A DNA stretch of 64,000 bases from Syntrophales bacterium (GCA_963662405.2 CAXXKT010000002.1:256001-320000); one strand, 5' to 3'. Positions 22,803 through 31,812 are shown, counted from the stretch's first letter. The notes: generated by a model from the letters alone, not told the origin. Program-made: numbers and translations.

Positions 22803-23471
22803 ATGAATCTCGGCAGCGATATCTATGTATACGAATGGACAAGCACTTTTGAAAATAACTGTAACAGCTTCTTCATCGGAGGAGATGTCCGGGCATTGAT
22901 AGATCCGGGTCTGAAGATTTTCCTCCCCGATCTCTTCAAAAGGATGGGAGAAGACGGGATAGATCCCGGTACCATTCAGTATGTGATCAATACCCATTCA
23001 CATCCCGATCATTTTGAGGGATCCGCGTCTTTCACCGACAATACGAAAATCCGGATAGGCATGCACCGGGACGGCATCGCCTTCCTGAATGATATCGGAG
23101 GACACATGTATGGGATGTTCGGAATGGACGTGCCGAAGGTCGACATTAACATGGAGCTGGAGGAAGGACCGCTCGATCTCGGGGGAGAAACATTCAGAAT
23201 TCTGCATACACCCGGACATTCACCCGGATCGATTTCCCTGTATTGGCCCTCCCGAAAAGCACTCTTCCCGGGGGATGTGATCTTCGAGCAAAACATCGGG
23301 AGAACGGACTTTCCCGGAGGAAGCGGCGCTCAGCTCAAGGAAAGCATCGTTACATTGTCGCGGCTTGATGTCGACTATCTCCTCCCCGGGCATATGGGAA
23401 TTATTGTCGGAAACGAACAGGTAAAACAAAACTTCCGCCTGGTCATAGAACGCATCTTTCCCTACATATAA
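22803..23471 (+). CDS. MBL-fold metallo-hydrolase
   Basis: THSHPDH, HTPGHSPGS, GRTDFPGGS, PGH. Confidence 0.92.
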   Translation: MNLGSDIYVYEWTSTFENNCNSFFIGGDVRALIDPGLKIFLPDLFKRMGEDGIDPGTIQYVINTHSHPDHFEGSASFTDNTKIRIGMHRDGIAFLNDIGGHMYGMFGMDVPKVDINMELEEGPLDLGGETFRILHTPGHSPGSISLYWPSRKALFPGDVIFEQNIGRTDFPGGSGAQLKESIVTLSRLDVDYLLPGHMGIIVGNEQVKQNFRLVIERIFPYI

Positions 23472-23477
23472 AGAACT

Positions 23478-24455
23478 TTATATCGAATCCAGGACATAGG
23501 CAAAGATCAGGGGCACCACGATAGTGGCGTCCGATTCGACGATGTAGCTCGGTGTATCGGCGGCGATCTTTTCCCAGGTTATCTTTTCATTCGGCACGGC
23601 CCCGGAATAGGACCCGTAGCTGGTCGTGGAATCGCTGATCTGACAGAAATAGCTCCAGAGCGGTATCTTCTTCAGTCCCATATCCTGCCGCAGCATCGGG
23701 ACCACACAGATGGGGAAATCGCCCGCGATCCCCCCCCCTATCTGGAAAAACCCGATCGGCTGTTTGCTCGACACTTTCCGGTACCACTGCGCCAGGGACA
23801 TCATATACTCAACCCCCCCACGCACGGTATGCACATGCCGGATATTTTTCCTAAGACAGTGCGAAGCATATATGTTTCCAAGGGTGGAATCTTCCCACCC
23901 GGGGACAAAAATAGGGAGATTCTTTTCGGCGGCGGCGAGGAGCCAGCTGTCGGCGGGGTCGATCTGATACGGCTCGAATCGTCCTTCACGGAGGAGACGA
24001 TAAAAAAACTCATGCGGGAAAAAACGCTCTCCCTCACGATCCGCCTCCTTCCACACCTCCAGCATTTTATGCTCAATACACCTCATTGCCTCTTCCTCAG
24101 GAATGCAGGTGTCGGTCACCCGATTCAACTGACGCTCCAACAGACTCTGCTCGTCGGACGGAGTAAGATCACGGTAGTGCGGGATTCGTACATAGTAATC
24201 ATGCGCTACCAGGTTGAAGACATCTTCTTCCAGATTCGCACCCGTACACGTGATCGCATGAACCTTTTCTCGGCGTATCATCTCGGCCAAAGAGAGACCG
24301 ATTTCAGCAGTACTCATAGCGCCGGCGATCGTCATGAACATGCATCCGCCGGATGAGATAAGTTCCCGGTATCCCTCCGCTGCATCGACCAGTGCTGCGG
24401 CATTAAAATGCCTGAAATGGTGTATGATAAAGTCTTTAATATGTCCTGTCTTCAT
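23478..24455 (-). CDS. deoxyhypusine synthase-like protein (bacterial homospermidine synthase type)
   Basis: AGAMSTAE, TGANLEED, QIGGGIAGD, GSYSGAVPNEKITW. Confidence 0.9.
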   Translation of the reverse strand: MKTGHIKDFIIHHFRHFNAAALVDAAEGYRELISSGGCMFMTIAGAMSTAEIGLSLAEMIRREKVHAITCTGANLEEDVFNLVAHDYYVRIPHYRDLTPSDEQSLLERQLNRVTDTCIPEEEAMRCIEHKMLEVWKEADREGERFFPHEFFYRLLREGRFEPYQIDPADSWLLAAAEKNLPIFVPGWEDSTLGNIYASHCLRKNIRHVHTVRGGVEYMMSLAQWYRKVSSKQPIGFFQIGGGIAGDFPICVVPMLRQDMGLKKIPLWSYFCQISDSTTSYGSYSGAVPNEKITWEKIAADTPSYIVESDATIVVPLIFAYVLDSI

Positions 24456-24942
24456 AGTCTTCCAGCCGTCTTTCCTCTTTTGAGATTCTATCTAGCACAA
24501 TTTTTTCCCAAACACCATATTTCTCAAGCAAAAGGAGCGGTAAGGATGCTTGATATATCCCCTCTTTCAGGTGCATTCCTGAAGAGGCCGATGGGAAGGT
24601 GTCTTGATGAAAAATCGTCACCCCTTCTCCCCCGCGTGCTATACAGGGATTCCTTCCACAATGTCGCACCGCTCTCACTTCCACCCGCAGGTCATAACTC
24701 TCTCCGCTATCTTCATCGGAAGGATGAAACTGAATAGTCTTGTGGGATATCATCGGGGTGTCCTCGACACCATTCAGCGTTCGAGAACCGCGATCAACCA
24801 TCACCGTATCGATAGGTGTCTTCGCCCCCCCCGGCCGGGGGGGGCGATCGGAAAAAATCAGATCGAAATCTTCAGGGCGCCCAAACGCCGCTTCAATCTC
24901 CACAACAGCATGCAACTCAAAGGAGTTCTCGCCCTGGATCAA
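24436..24942 (-). CDS. hypothetical protein
   Basis: 168-aa ORF overlapping the start of the DHS-like gene. Confidence 0.5.
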   Translation of the reverse strand: MIQGENSFELHAVVEIEAAFGRPEDFDLIFSDRPPRPGGAKTPIDTVMVDRGSRTLNGVEDTPMISHKTIQFHPSDEDSGESYDLRVEVRAVRHCGRNPCIARGGEGVTIFHQDTFPSASSGMHLKEGIYQASLPLLLLEKYGVWEKIVLDRISKEERRLEDYEDRTY

Positions 24943-24952
24943 ATCGAAGCGT

Positions 24953-24985
24953 AAAAAAAATGTCCCTCCCCGAAGGGAGGGACAT
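24953..24985 (-). terminator. intrinsic terminator
   Basis: ATGTCCCTCCC-CGAA-GGGAGGGACAT perfect stem plus minus-strand T-run. Confidence 0.85.
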
Positions 24986-25013
24986 ACAGCTTTACGTGTT
25001 GATATCCCTACGA

Positions 25014-25796
25014 TCAGCGTCCCTTGAACTCGGGGGCCCTTTTTTCCAGGAAGGCCTTCGCCCCTTCCTTGAAGTCCTCGGTGTACTGCAGCGCCTTACT
25101 GGCCCCCATCTCGACCTCGAATACACCCGTTCTGAGATCAGTTTCCAGTCCAAGCCTGACGGCCTTCATGATCTCACGCTGTGCAACCGGTGCTCCAGCC
25201 GCGAGTTTCTTCGCCAGTTTCTTCGCCGTTTCCAAGACCTGTGCCTGGGGAACAACCTTATTGAGCAGCCCCAGGCCCAAGGCCTCCGTCGAGGGCATGA
25301 AGTTACCCGTCAGCATCAGCTCCAGGGCCTTCGTCTTGCCGATAAAACGCGGGAGACGCTGAGTACCACCCCAACCGGGGTTAAGACCGAGCTTCACTTC
25401 CGGAAGACCAAGGGTTGCCTCTTCGGCCATGATTCTCAGGTGACAGCAACAGGCCAGCTCAAGACCACCGCCGTAAGCGCCACCCTGCATTGCGGCGATA
25501 ATGACCTTCGGATATTCCTCGATCTTGAAATAGATCTCATTGCCGTTGTACTCGGGAACCTTCCCCTTCTGGAGATCCGCAAACTCGGTAATATCCGCAC
25601 CGGCGGAAAAGAGTTTGTCTCCGGTACCGGTCAGAATGATAACGCGGACGTTATCGTCATTTTCGCATTTGTCGAGCAGATCGTTGATATCTCTCAAAAC
25701 ACCCTGCCCCATCGAATTTGCCGGCGGATGGTTGATCGCCGCTACTACCACCATACCGTCCTGCTCTACCGTCAACTTCTCGTACTCGTAAACCAT
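25014..25796 (-). CDS. enoyl-CoA hydratase/isomerase
   Basis: FSAGADI, GGGLELA, PEVKLGL.PGWGGTQRL. Confidence 0.93.
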   Translation of the reverse strand: MVYEYEKLTVEQDGMVVVAAINHPPANSMGQGVLRDINDLLDKCENDDNVRVIILTGTGDKLFSAGADITEFADLQKGKVPEYNGNEIYFKIEEYPKVIIAAMQGGAYGGGLELACCCHLRIMAEEATLGLPEVKLGLNPGWGGTQRLPRFIGKTKALELMLTGNFMPSTEALGLGLLNKVVPQAQVLETAKKLAKKLAAGAPVAQREIMKAVRLGLETDLRTGVFEVEMGASKALQYTEDFKEGAKAFLEKRAPEFKGR

Positions 25797-26034
25797 GTTA
25801 TTCCTCCTTACCCTTTTTCATAATGTGCCCTTTTCCGGACAGTACTCTTTGGATAAAATAACGTGAATACACCTGGGAGAAAGGGATAACCCACCGTAAA
25901 CTCCCCCATCTGCTTTGCGCATCTCACTTCATACACGAAGAGAGATATTTGTCAATGGTTAGTTTTATTTTGGCTGTACGAAAGTCGCGAAGGGCTTTCC
26001 TCTTTTGTTCTTCGTTTCCTGTGTTTCAGTGATC

Positions 26035-26757
26035 TTACAACATATTTCGAGGGCTGCACGATCTCAAATGGCGGTACATCCCATACGCGTAGAGGAGGAT
26101 AAAGAAAGCAATCAGGCATTCCTTCAATTCCCCGGAGTCGTTCCCGAGCATCAGCCATTGAGGGGTTTCAGAGAATACCCGTTCCGCGATTTTTTCAGGG
26201 ACCGAAACGATGTTTGCCACAACCGCGACGAACAGGGTGCTTCCGGAAGGGATTAACCGGCGCACCGACGCGTTTTTCGGCCAGGAGAGTTTGCGGTCGG
26301 CAACACAACCCAGCACACCGCCGATAACAATGCCGATCGACAGGAGCTGCCGCGGGACCTTATCGAACAGGATTTCAAAGGTTCCCGTAAGATTGTGCAG
26401 ATTCGGTTCCTGCTGGTCATTCAGGGCAACCAGGTCCGCGTCGATATCATAGTGGAAAAAATGATACCCCCAACTGATTTCTTCCCCCAGGAAATAGATC
26501 GCGCCCACTGCGAGGATCAAGAGCCATCCCTTCTCCCAGGGCGTTTCTGTCTTCTTCAGACACACCAGGAAAAGAATAACCGCCACCAGGAGCATCAGGG
26601 CGGTTACATTCTCGATGAGCCCGTATTCCCTGTACACCCCTCCTCCGCCGGTTATCGAACGGACGTGCGCAAAATAGGTATACACCCACAGGAAAAGCGT
26701 GATCCCATAGACAACCCATGGGGGGAAATACGCTCTCTTTCTCATACTCTCTCCCAT
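26035..26757 (-). CDS. hypothetical integral membrane protein
   Basis: Multiple TM helices; EYGLIE, GEEISWG, Q.EPNLHN. Confidence 0.75.
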   Translation of the reverse strand: MGESMRKRAYFPPWVVYGITLFLWVYTYFAHVRSITGGGGVYREYGLIENVTALMLLVAVILFLVCLKKTETPWEKGWLLILAVGAIYFLGEEISWGYHFFHYDIDADLVALNDQQEPNLHNLTGTFEILFDKVPRQLLSIGIVIGGVLGCVADRKLSWPKNASVRRLIPSGSTLFVAVVANIVSVPEKIAERVFSETPQWLMLGNDSGELKECLIAFFILLYAYGMYRHLRSCSPRNML

Positions 26758-26829
26758 ATCCTCTCAGCATCATGTCATACAAACAGGCATCCTTGTTTCA
26801 CTGTGCGATTCCGATGCGATCGGCAAAGC

Positions 26830-27132
26830 TCACTCACCGATAATCTTCACGAGGACCCGTTTTTTTCGCCTTCCATCGAACTCACCGTAGAAGATCTGTT
26901 CCCAAGGACCGAAATCGATCCGTCCCTCCGTGACGGCCGCGACGACCTCCCGCCCCATGACCTGGCGTTTCAGATGGGCATCTCCGTTGTCCTCCCCCGT
27001 CCGGTTGTGGAGATACCCCGAGACCGGCTCATGAGGGGCAAGCCCCTCCAGCCACCGCTCATAATCCTGGTGGAGCCCGGACTCGTCGTCGTTGATGAAG
27101 ACCGACGCCGTGATGTGCATGGCGTTTACCAA
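26830..27132 (-). pseudogene. yjbQ: yjbQ (UPF0047) 3' part, interrupted by integrated element
   Basis: [20 protein letters not shown]...[14 protein letters not shown]...[13 protein letters not shown]; lacks the first ~39 aa, found at 35178-35297. Confidence 0.92.
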
Positions 27133-27192
27133 ATAAAACTAGTTATGGCATAGGCTATAGGATTACAGGCCTTCCTTTAGCTATGGAGAGCT

Positions 27193-27216
27193 AAAGGCCG
27201 ATTTCCGGCCTTTTTT
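27193..27216 (+). terminator. intrinsic terminator; follows the integrase stop only in the excised circle
   Basis: AAAGGCCG-ATTTC-CGGCCTTT-TTT; no + strand gene precedes it in the integrated state. Confidence 0.75.
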
Positions 27217-27250
27217 CCACTGACAACACCCGTAAAGGCGATATTTTTAT

Positions 27251-27517
27251 ATGGTAAGAACGAAGCAAAGTCAAGCTATCAGTGAAGAAGCGGTAGGGGA
27301 TACCCCCCCGGCACCGAAGATCAGGCGCAGGAAATTGAAGACCCTTGCTGATCTGTCCCGGTTCATGTCCAGTTTAATCAATGACACCCGGTGCGGTGAT
27401 GTTGATCCTGCATTGGCCAGTAAGTTGGCTTACATGACAAACATCCTCAAATCCATTATCAGCGAGGCTGATATCGAAACCCGGTTGGCGGCGTTAGAAA
27501 AAGAGATGCAAAAATAA
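27251..27517 (+). CDS. hypothetical protein (helical, C-terminal IETRLAALE)
   Basis: 88-aa ORF, first of four co-oriented element genes. Confidence 0.75.
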   Translation: MVRTKQSQAISEEAVGDTPPAPKIRRRKLKTLADLSRFMSSLINDTRCGDVDPALASKLAYMTNILKSIISEADIETRLAALEKEMQK

Positions 27518-27535
27518 AACGAAAGGAGAAGATCA

Positions 27536-27883
27536 ATGTCAAAGAAAAGCAGAATCGAGGATCTGGAACAAAGGTATGAGAAAGATTCAGACGTGATCAC
27601 GGGTGTGCAGTGGTTTGGCCCAACTCAGATCATGGTTGACGGCGTGATGTATTCATCCCTTGAAGACATTCCGGAAGACCTGAGGGAGAAATATCCAAAC
27701 CTCGGCACCGAAGATCCCGAAAAAGCCGAAAGCCTTTATCAGCAACTTGCACCCTTCCGGGAGGCGTGCGCAAAATTTCCACGGTTTAAGGCAGAGCACC
27801 CGGCAGAGTTTGCCCGATCGCAGGAATTAACAGAGAAACATGAAACCTACGTAAAACAAAATCAAATAACAGAAGGAGAATGA
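27536..27883 (+). CDS. hypothetical protein
   Basis: 115 aa; AAGGAG RBS. Confidence 0.75.
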   Translation: MSKKSRIEDLEQRYEKDSDVITGVQWFGPTQIMVDGVMYSSLEDIPEDLREKYPNLGTEDPEKAESLYQQLAPFREACAKFPRFKAEHPAEFARSQELTEKHETYVKQNQITEGE

Positions 27884-27886
27884 AAA

Positions 27887-28135
27887 ATGGACAAACAAAC
27901 AGTAATGGCATGGCAAACAGTTGACGTTGGCTTGAAGGACCTGATGCGCAATAATGATGAACTGGAATTACCCGAACTCAGGGCCAAAACTCGGCGATTA
28001 CGGCACCTGGGCAAATTCATTGAGCGGCTGGCCAAACGGGTCGACGAGCGAATCCGAGACGGAGTGAAACCGGGTGATATTGAGGAGTTGTTCATTCAGT
28101 ACACCACAGGCCGGGATGCAATTGACGGAAATTAA
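27887..28135 (+). CDS. hypothetical protein
   Basis: 82 aa; AAGGAG RBS. Confidence 0.7.
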   Translation: MDKQTVMAWQTVDVGLKDLMRNNDELELPELRAKTRRLRHLGKFIERLAKRVDERIRDGVKPGDIEELFIQYTTGRDAIDGN

Positions 28136-28157
28136 ACAACGAGAGGAGAAAATACAA

Positions 28158-28814
28158 ATGGACCCATTGAGATTACAAGTTTATGAAAGTTTCTTAGAGA
28201 CAAAATCAGGTGATGAAAAGCTCGATGATTTGAATGCGAATTTCGGCGCGCACGTCCGGGGCATCCTTAATCAATTCGAAGAAACCAAACAGCGGATTGA
28301 TACGAAGGCTAACTTACTCACCCCGGCAGGACGGGAAGCGGAGCTGGCAAAAGCACGGGAAAAAGTGATTGAGGCCCTGAAGGAAATCGACGCAAAGGGT
28401 TCCTTTTCACCGGACATAAAAGAGATCAATAAAAAGTTTGATGTTGATGGAAATGCAACCGACATTCAAACGCTGATTACAGAAGGCCGCCAGCGCGAGA
28501 CAAGGGAATACTTGCGCTCCCTAAATGCGAAATCCGACTTGAAAGAAATGGAGATGATCAAGTTGAAGATTGCCGACGGGGATCCAACCATCGTGGGAGC
28601 GATAGCGAACGCACCTTACAAGGTAATGGATATTGACCCTGCAATACTGGAGGTCGGGATCGAGAAAATGCGATTACGCACAAACCCGCAGGCGGCGCAG
28701 CGGCTCGAGGTATTGACCACGGCACAAGATGTTCACGAAAACCTTATAACTTTCGCACGACAGGAAATCGGTGCAATTCCTGATGCGGAAAGCTCTTATT
28801 CCGTGAACGTCTGA
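28158..28814 (+). CDS. hypothetical helical protein
   Basis: Start MDPLRLQ after GAGGAG; 218 aa. Confidence 0.75.
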   Translation: MDPLRLQVYESFLETKSGDEKLDDLNANFGAHVRGILNQFEETKQRIDTKANLLTPAGREAELAKAREKVIEALKEIDAKGSFSPDIKEINKKFDVDGNATDIQTLITEGRQRETREYLRSLNAKSDLKEMEMIKLKIADGDPTIVGAIANAPYKVMDIDPAILEVGIEKMRLRTNPQAAQRLEVLTTAQDVHENLITFARQEIGAIPDAESSYSVNV

Positions 28815-28824
28815 GCAAAGACAA

Positions 28825-28955
28825 GGCCGGGTCATCCGCTCCCCGGTCGCAAGGGTGTGCGGCTACAATCCCCGCATACCCGACATGGTGAGGGGTCAAC
28901 CGCTTTCCCCTCGCTCCGGGAGTCGGGGCAGGCTTCGGAAACTGTCCCGATTCCC
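28825..28955 (+). ncRNA. candidate structured RNA (four tandem hairpins)
   Basis: Stems 28825-28848, 28853-28881, 28888-28914, 28918-28955; all five non-Watson-Crick pairs are G-U on the + strand. Confidence 0.5.
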
Positions 28956-28964
28956 TTATAATGA

Positions 28965-29021
28965 CCCCCGTGAGTAGGTGTTTTTCATTCTGTAAGGCGT
29001 TTAAATCGAAAAGAGGTATAA
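28965..29021 (+). repeat. direct repeat copy 1 upstream of polymerase gene
   Basis: CCCCCGTGA-N14-TTCTGTAAGGCGTTTAAA-N9-GGTATAA. Confidence 0.85.
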
Positions 29022-29052
29022 AGGGTAGGGGAGAAAAGCAAAGGCTTTATTT

Positions 29053-29082
29053 TTGAAAAAAAGAGGTGTTCAGAAGTATAAT
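29053..29082 (+). promoter_or_regulatory. sigma70-type promoter for the polymerase gene
   Basis: TTGAAA-N18-TATAAT. Confidence 0.55.
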
Positions 29083-29191
29083 AGAATATCGGGGATAGGC
29101 AACAGCTGGCCGAATCGGAACAGGGAGTCCTCGCTTCTTGTTTCTTTCCCCGATAATTATATAAATCAAAATCGAGGGAGACGAGGACAAG

Positions 29192-30448
29192 ATGAAACGA
29201 AGGATTCCAAGGGGAGCCATCATCGCCATCGTGCGGAGAGATATTGAGCTTGAGAAACAAACTCCCGCGTGGTTACAGGAGGCGGTGGCATTCGATCATT
29301 CCCTGCGGTTGCTGCCGGATGAACTTCCTATTGCTCACAAATTGCTTTCGACATTACTGGAGGGCCAGCCGGGATATAAGCTCGATCAAAAGAAGTTCGA
29401 CGCAGAAGTCCTTATTTCAAATTTGCTTGATCACAAAAACAAACCCACGTCGATTTCCTTTGATTCCGGCTATTGGACGAAAAGCAGGTATAAACAAACG
29501 AGCGCTTACGTCTTAAAATTGGTGAATGAAATGCAAGAACAAGGAATGATCGAACTGCGGAAGGGTTATTTCACCACGGAAGAGAGCCGTCGAACACGGA
29601 TCTGGGCGACTGAAACACTCTTGGATTACTTTCCAAAACTTTCACCCCATGTTTTCAGGGAACCTGTTGAACTGGTTGAGCTGAGGGATGCAAAAGGGAA
29701 GCTCAAGGAGTATCGGGACACCGGGGAAACGCATCGTATCCGGGCGGTGTTGGAGCGGGTCAATGAGGTCAATGCAGAGGCACACATTCAATATCGAAAG
29801 TTCAGACTGGTTGCACACCTCCATGCAATTTTCAAAGAACGGTTCACCATGTACGGACGCCTTCACACAAGGGGTTATCGACACTATCAGGGCTTTGATG
29901 AAGATGAGCGAGCGGAAATTACTATCAATGGGGAACCTGTCACTGAACTTGATTTCAGTGGATTACACCCGCGCTTGCTCTATGCAAAAGAAGGAATCCA
30001 GTTTGATGAAGATCCATATTCCCTTGTCAACGAAAACCCGATTGCAAGGCCATTTTTAAAGCACGTACTTCTTTTTCTGCTCAATTCCACAGACGAAGTT
30101 TCCGCAGAGGCGGCGGCGAATTACTGGCTATTCCGAAACCCCGGCGAGCGTGGGAGATTACAGGAAATCGGTATTACACGAGCGCGACCCATTATCGACG
30201 CTTTCAAAGAAGCACACGCACTCATATCACATCATTTTTGCACCGGCAAAAGGACAGGACTTCGCATAATGAATCTTGATGCCAAAATTGCGTTGGATGT
30301 GGTTCATCATTTTGCGGAACAGAATATCCCGATACTGGCTGTGCACGATAGCTTTCTTGTTCAAAGCCGGTTTGAGAACCAACTGAGAAAAGTTATGAAT
30401 GATTCTTATTGCAAACATACCAAGGGTTTTCATTGTCCGATCAAGTAA
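29192..30448 (+). CDS. minimal polymerase of the family-A DNA polymerase/T7 RNA polymerase superfamily
   Basis: YGRLH..YQ..R, motif A-like ELDFSGLHPRLLY, DPY, motif B-like RPFLKHVLLFLLN, motif C LAVHDSF; possible N-terminal winged helix. Confidence 0.75.
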   Translation: MKRRIPRGAIIAIVRRDIELEKQTPAWLQEAVAFDHSLRLLPDELPIAHKLLSTLLEGQPGYKLDQKKFDAEVLISNLLDHKNKPTSISFDSGYWTKSRYKQTSAYVLKLVNEMQEQGMIELRKGYFTTEESRRTRIWATETLLDYFPKLSPHVFREPVELVELRDAKGKLKEYRDTGETHRIRAVLERVNEVNAEAHIQYRKFRLVAHLHAIFKERFTMYGRLHTRGYRHYQGFDEDERAEITINGEPVTELDFSGLHPRLLYAKEGIQFDEDPYSLVNENPIARPFLKHVLLFLLNSTDEVSAEAAANYWLFRNPGERGRLQEIGITRARPIIDAFKEAHALISHHFCTGKRTGLRIMNLDAKIALDVVHHFAEQNIPILAVHDSFLVQSRFENQLRKVMNDSYCKHTKGFHCPIK

Positions 30449-30515
30449 TAATAATTTTATGGACTTTTTTTAATAAAATTAAATTGTTACCCTCAATTCC
30501 TATAAGTTAAAATGA

Positions 30516-30595
30516 AATACAATAGGAAAGCAAGGATAAAATACAAGAATAGGATAGAATACAAGGATAGGAAAGGGTAAAGAATAGAAAGGGAA
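30516..30595 (+). repeat. purine-rich degenerate tandem repeats (iteron-like)
   Basis: Three AATACAA...ATAGGA-type units plus AAGGATA repeats in an AT-rich region. Confidence 0.55.
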
Positions 30596-30740
30596 GTTTC
30601 AATAGGTTCATTTTTGTCTAAAAAAATTACCCTCCCACTTCTTCGTTGAAAGACCATCCTTCCATCTCCTGAAGAATAGGGGGTTGCACCCCTCCAATAG
30701 CAAAACCCCTCCCGTCCCGGTCACGTAAGCGGCATAACAC

Positions 30741-30798
30741 CCCCCGTGAATCGGGGTATTGCGTTCTGTAAGGCGTTTAAAAGGGCAGGTTGGTATAA
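30741..30798 (+). repeat. direct repeat copy 2 downstream of polymerase gene
   Basis: CCCCCGTGA-N14-TTCTGTAAGGCGTTTAAA-N10-GGTATAA. Confidence 0.85.
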
Positions 30799-30986
30799 TC
30801 CTATACCTTGGATATCCAAATCGGTTTAAGACGGCGAAAACGCAGGGAAAGGACACCATCCAAATCAGAACAAATCAGCATTTAATATATGGTTGTAAAA
30901 ATATGGTAGGAAAACAAAACATGAACATATCTTCCTGAAAGCGGTAAAAACCCGAGTGAAGAAATAATAATGGTTTCTTTCAGTAA

Positions 30987-31113
30987 TCATTACGGATTGT
31001 TCACCCGCCGGGAACCCAATGTTGACTTGCTTTTAAGAAACGTTGAAAGCTGAAGGCCCTATGTAAAAAGGCCGCCCCGGGTTCCCGGTCGAGTGTGAAA
31101 CAAATTGTTATAC
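30987..31113 (-). other. integron attC-like site downstream of HNH gene
   Basis: R'' GTATAAC overlapping the stop codon; arms TTGTTTCAC..CCGGGAACCC / GGGTTCCCGG..GTGAACAA; degenerate R' GTAATGA. Confidence 0.7.
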
Positions 31114-31794
31114 CAAGTTTTTGCATATTATTTCATTGTGGTAACTGACATATTCAGGAAGCACAGACCTGAAAAGGTCTTCATCAATTTTGACTGCGCC
31201 GTAATCAAATTTCACATGGCAATTCGGACACAAACATACAATATTTCCTAAATGGTCAGGCCCGTTGTGTGGAGACCCAAGGGGCTTTACATGGTGAGCC
31301 TCAGCGTACGGATTGTTATCAGGTAACATAATCCGGCTCCCACAAAGCTGGCACTTGTAATCATTGTCTGCTTTTACACGTCTCGCTAAAGCTGTATCTC
31401 TTAAAACACGATAAGTTGAAACAAGGTGACGTTCAATTAATTCAGGTTCATTATAATCTGATGCGATTGGAGTCGCCTGTTTTGATGTAAAAAACTGATT
31501 GACTCTGTCTTCTTCACGCTGTCTATAGCATGATTTTAAAATCCAGTTTTCTAATTCCTTTGAATTATCATTGATCCACACACTGATCATCCGATCAATT
31601 TCGTTCGAACTTAATGTGTATGGAGTATTTTTCCCAACAAGATGGGCATAAACGGTACGATAATCCACACCACGAGAAGCAACATGAGAAACCGCTTTTC
31701 TTCTCCAAAAACTTGCAGATCTATTTGGATTCTGTTTTGAAAAATCGCTAATAAGATCTAATACCTCTAAAATGTCCGCAATTCTTTGACTCAT
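31108..31794 (-). CDS. HNH endonuclease
   Basis: CQLC, YAEAHHVKPLG, GPD..GNIVCLCPNCHVKFD. Confidence 0.9.
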   Translation of the reverse strand: MSQRIADILEVLDLISDFSKQNPNRSASFWRRKAVSHVASRGVDYRTVYAHLVGKNTPYTLSSNEIDRMISVWINDNSKELENWILKSCYRQREEDRVNQFFTSKQATPIASDYNEPELIERHLVSTYRVLRDTALARRVKADNDYKCQLCGSRIMLPDNNPYAEAHHVKPLGSPHNGPDHLGNIVCLCPNCHVKFDYGAVKIDEDLFRSVLPEYVSYHNEIICKNLV

Positions 31795-31812
31795 GTCCTA
31801 TGACCTTTGGTG

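Noticed and set aside
26830..27132. Complete 100-aa gene as given in the ORF track
   Set aside because: Its TTG start is an internal Leu codon at the att core with no RBS; it is the 3' part of split yjbQ.
28825..30448. Retron or other reverse-transcriptase system (structured RNA plus polymerase)
   Set aside because: No YxDD, NAxxH or VTG motifs; the motifs are PolA/T7-type (HDS).
28825..30798. CRISPR array
   Set aside because: No regularly spaced identical repeats with unique spacers, and no cas genes in the window.
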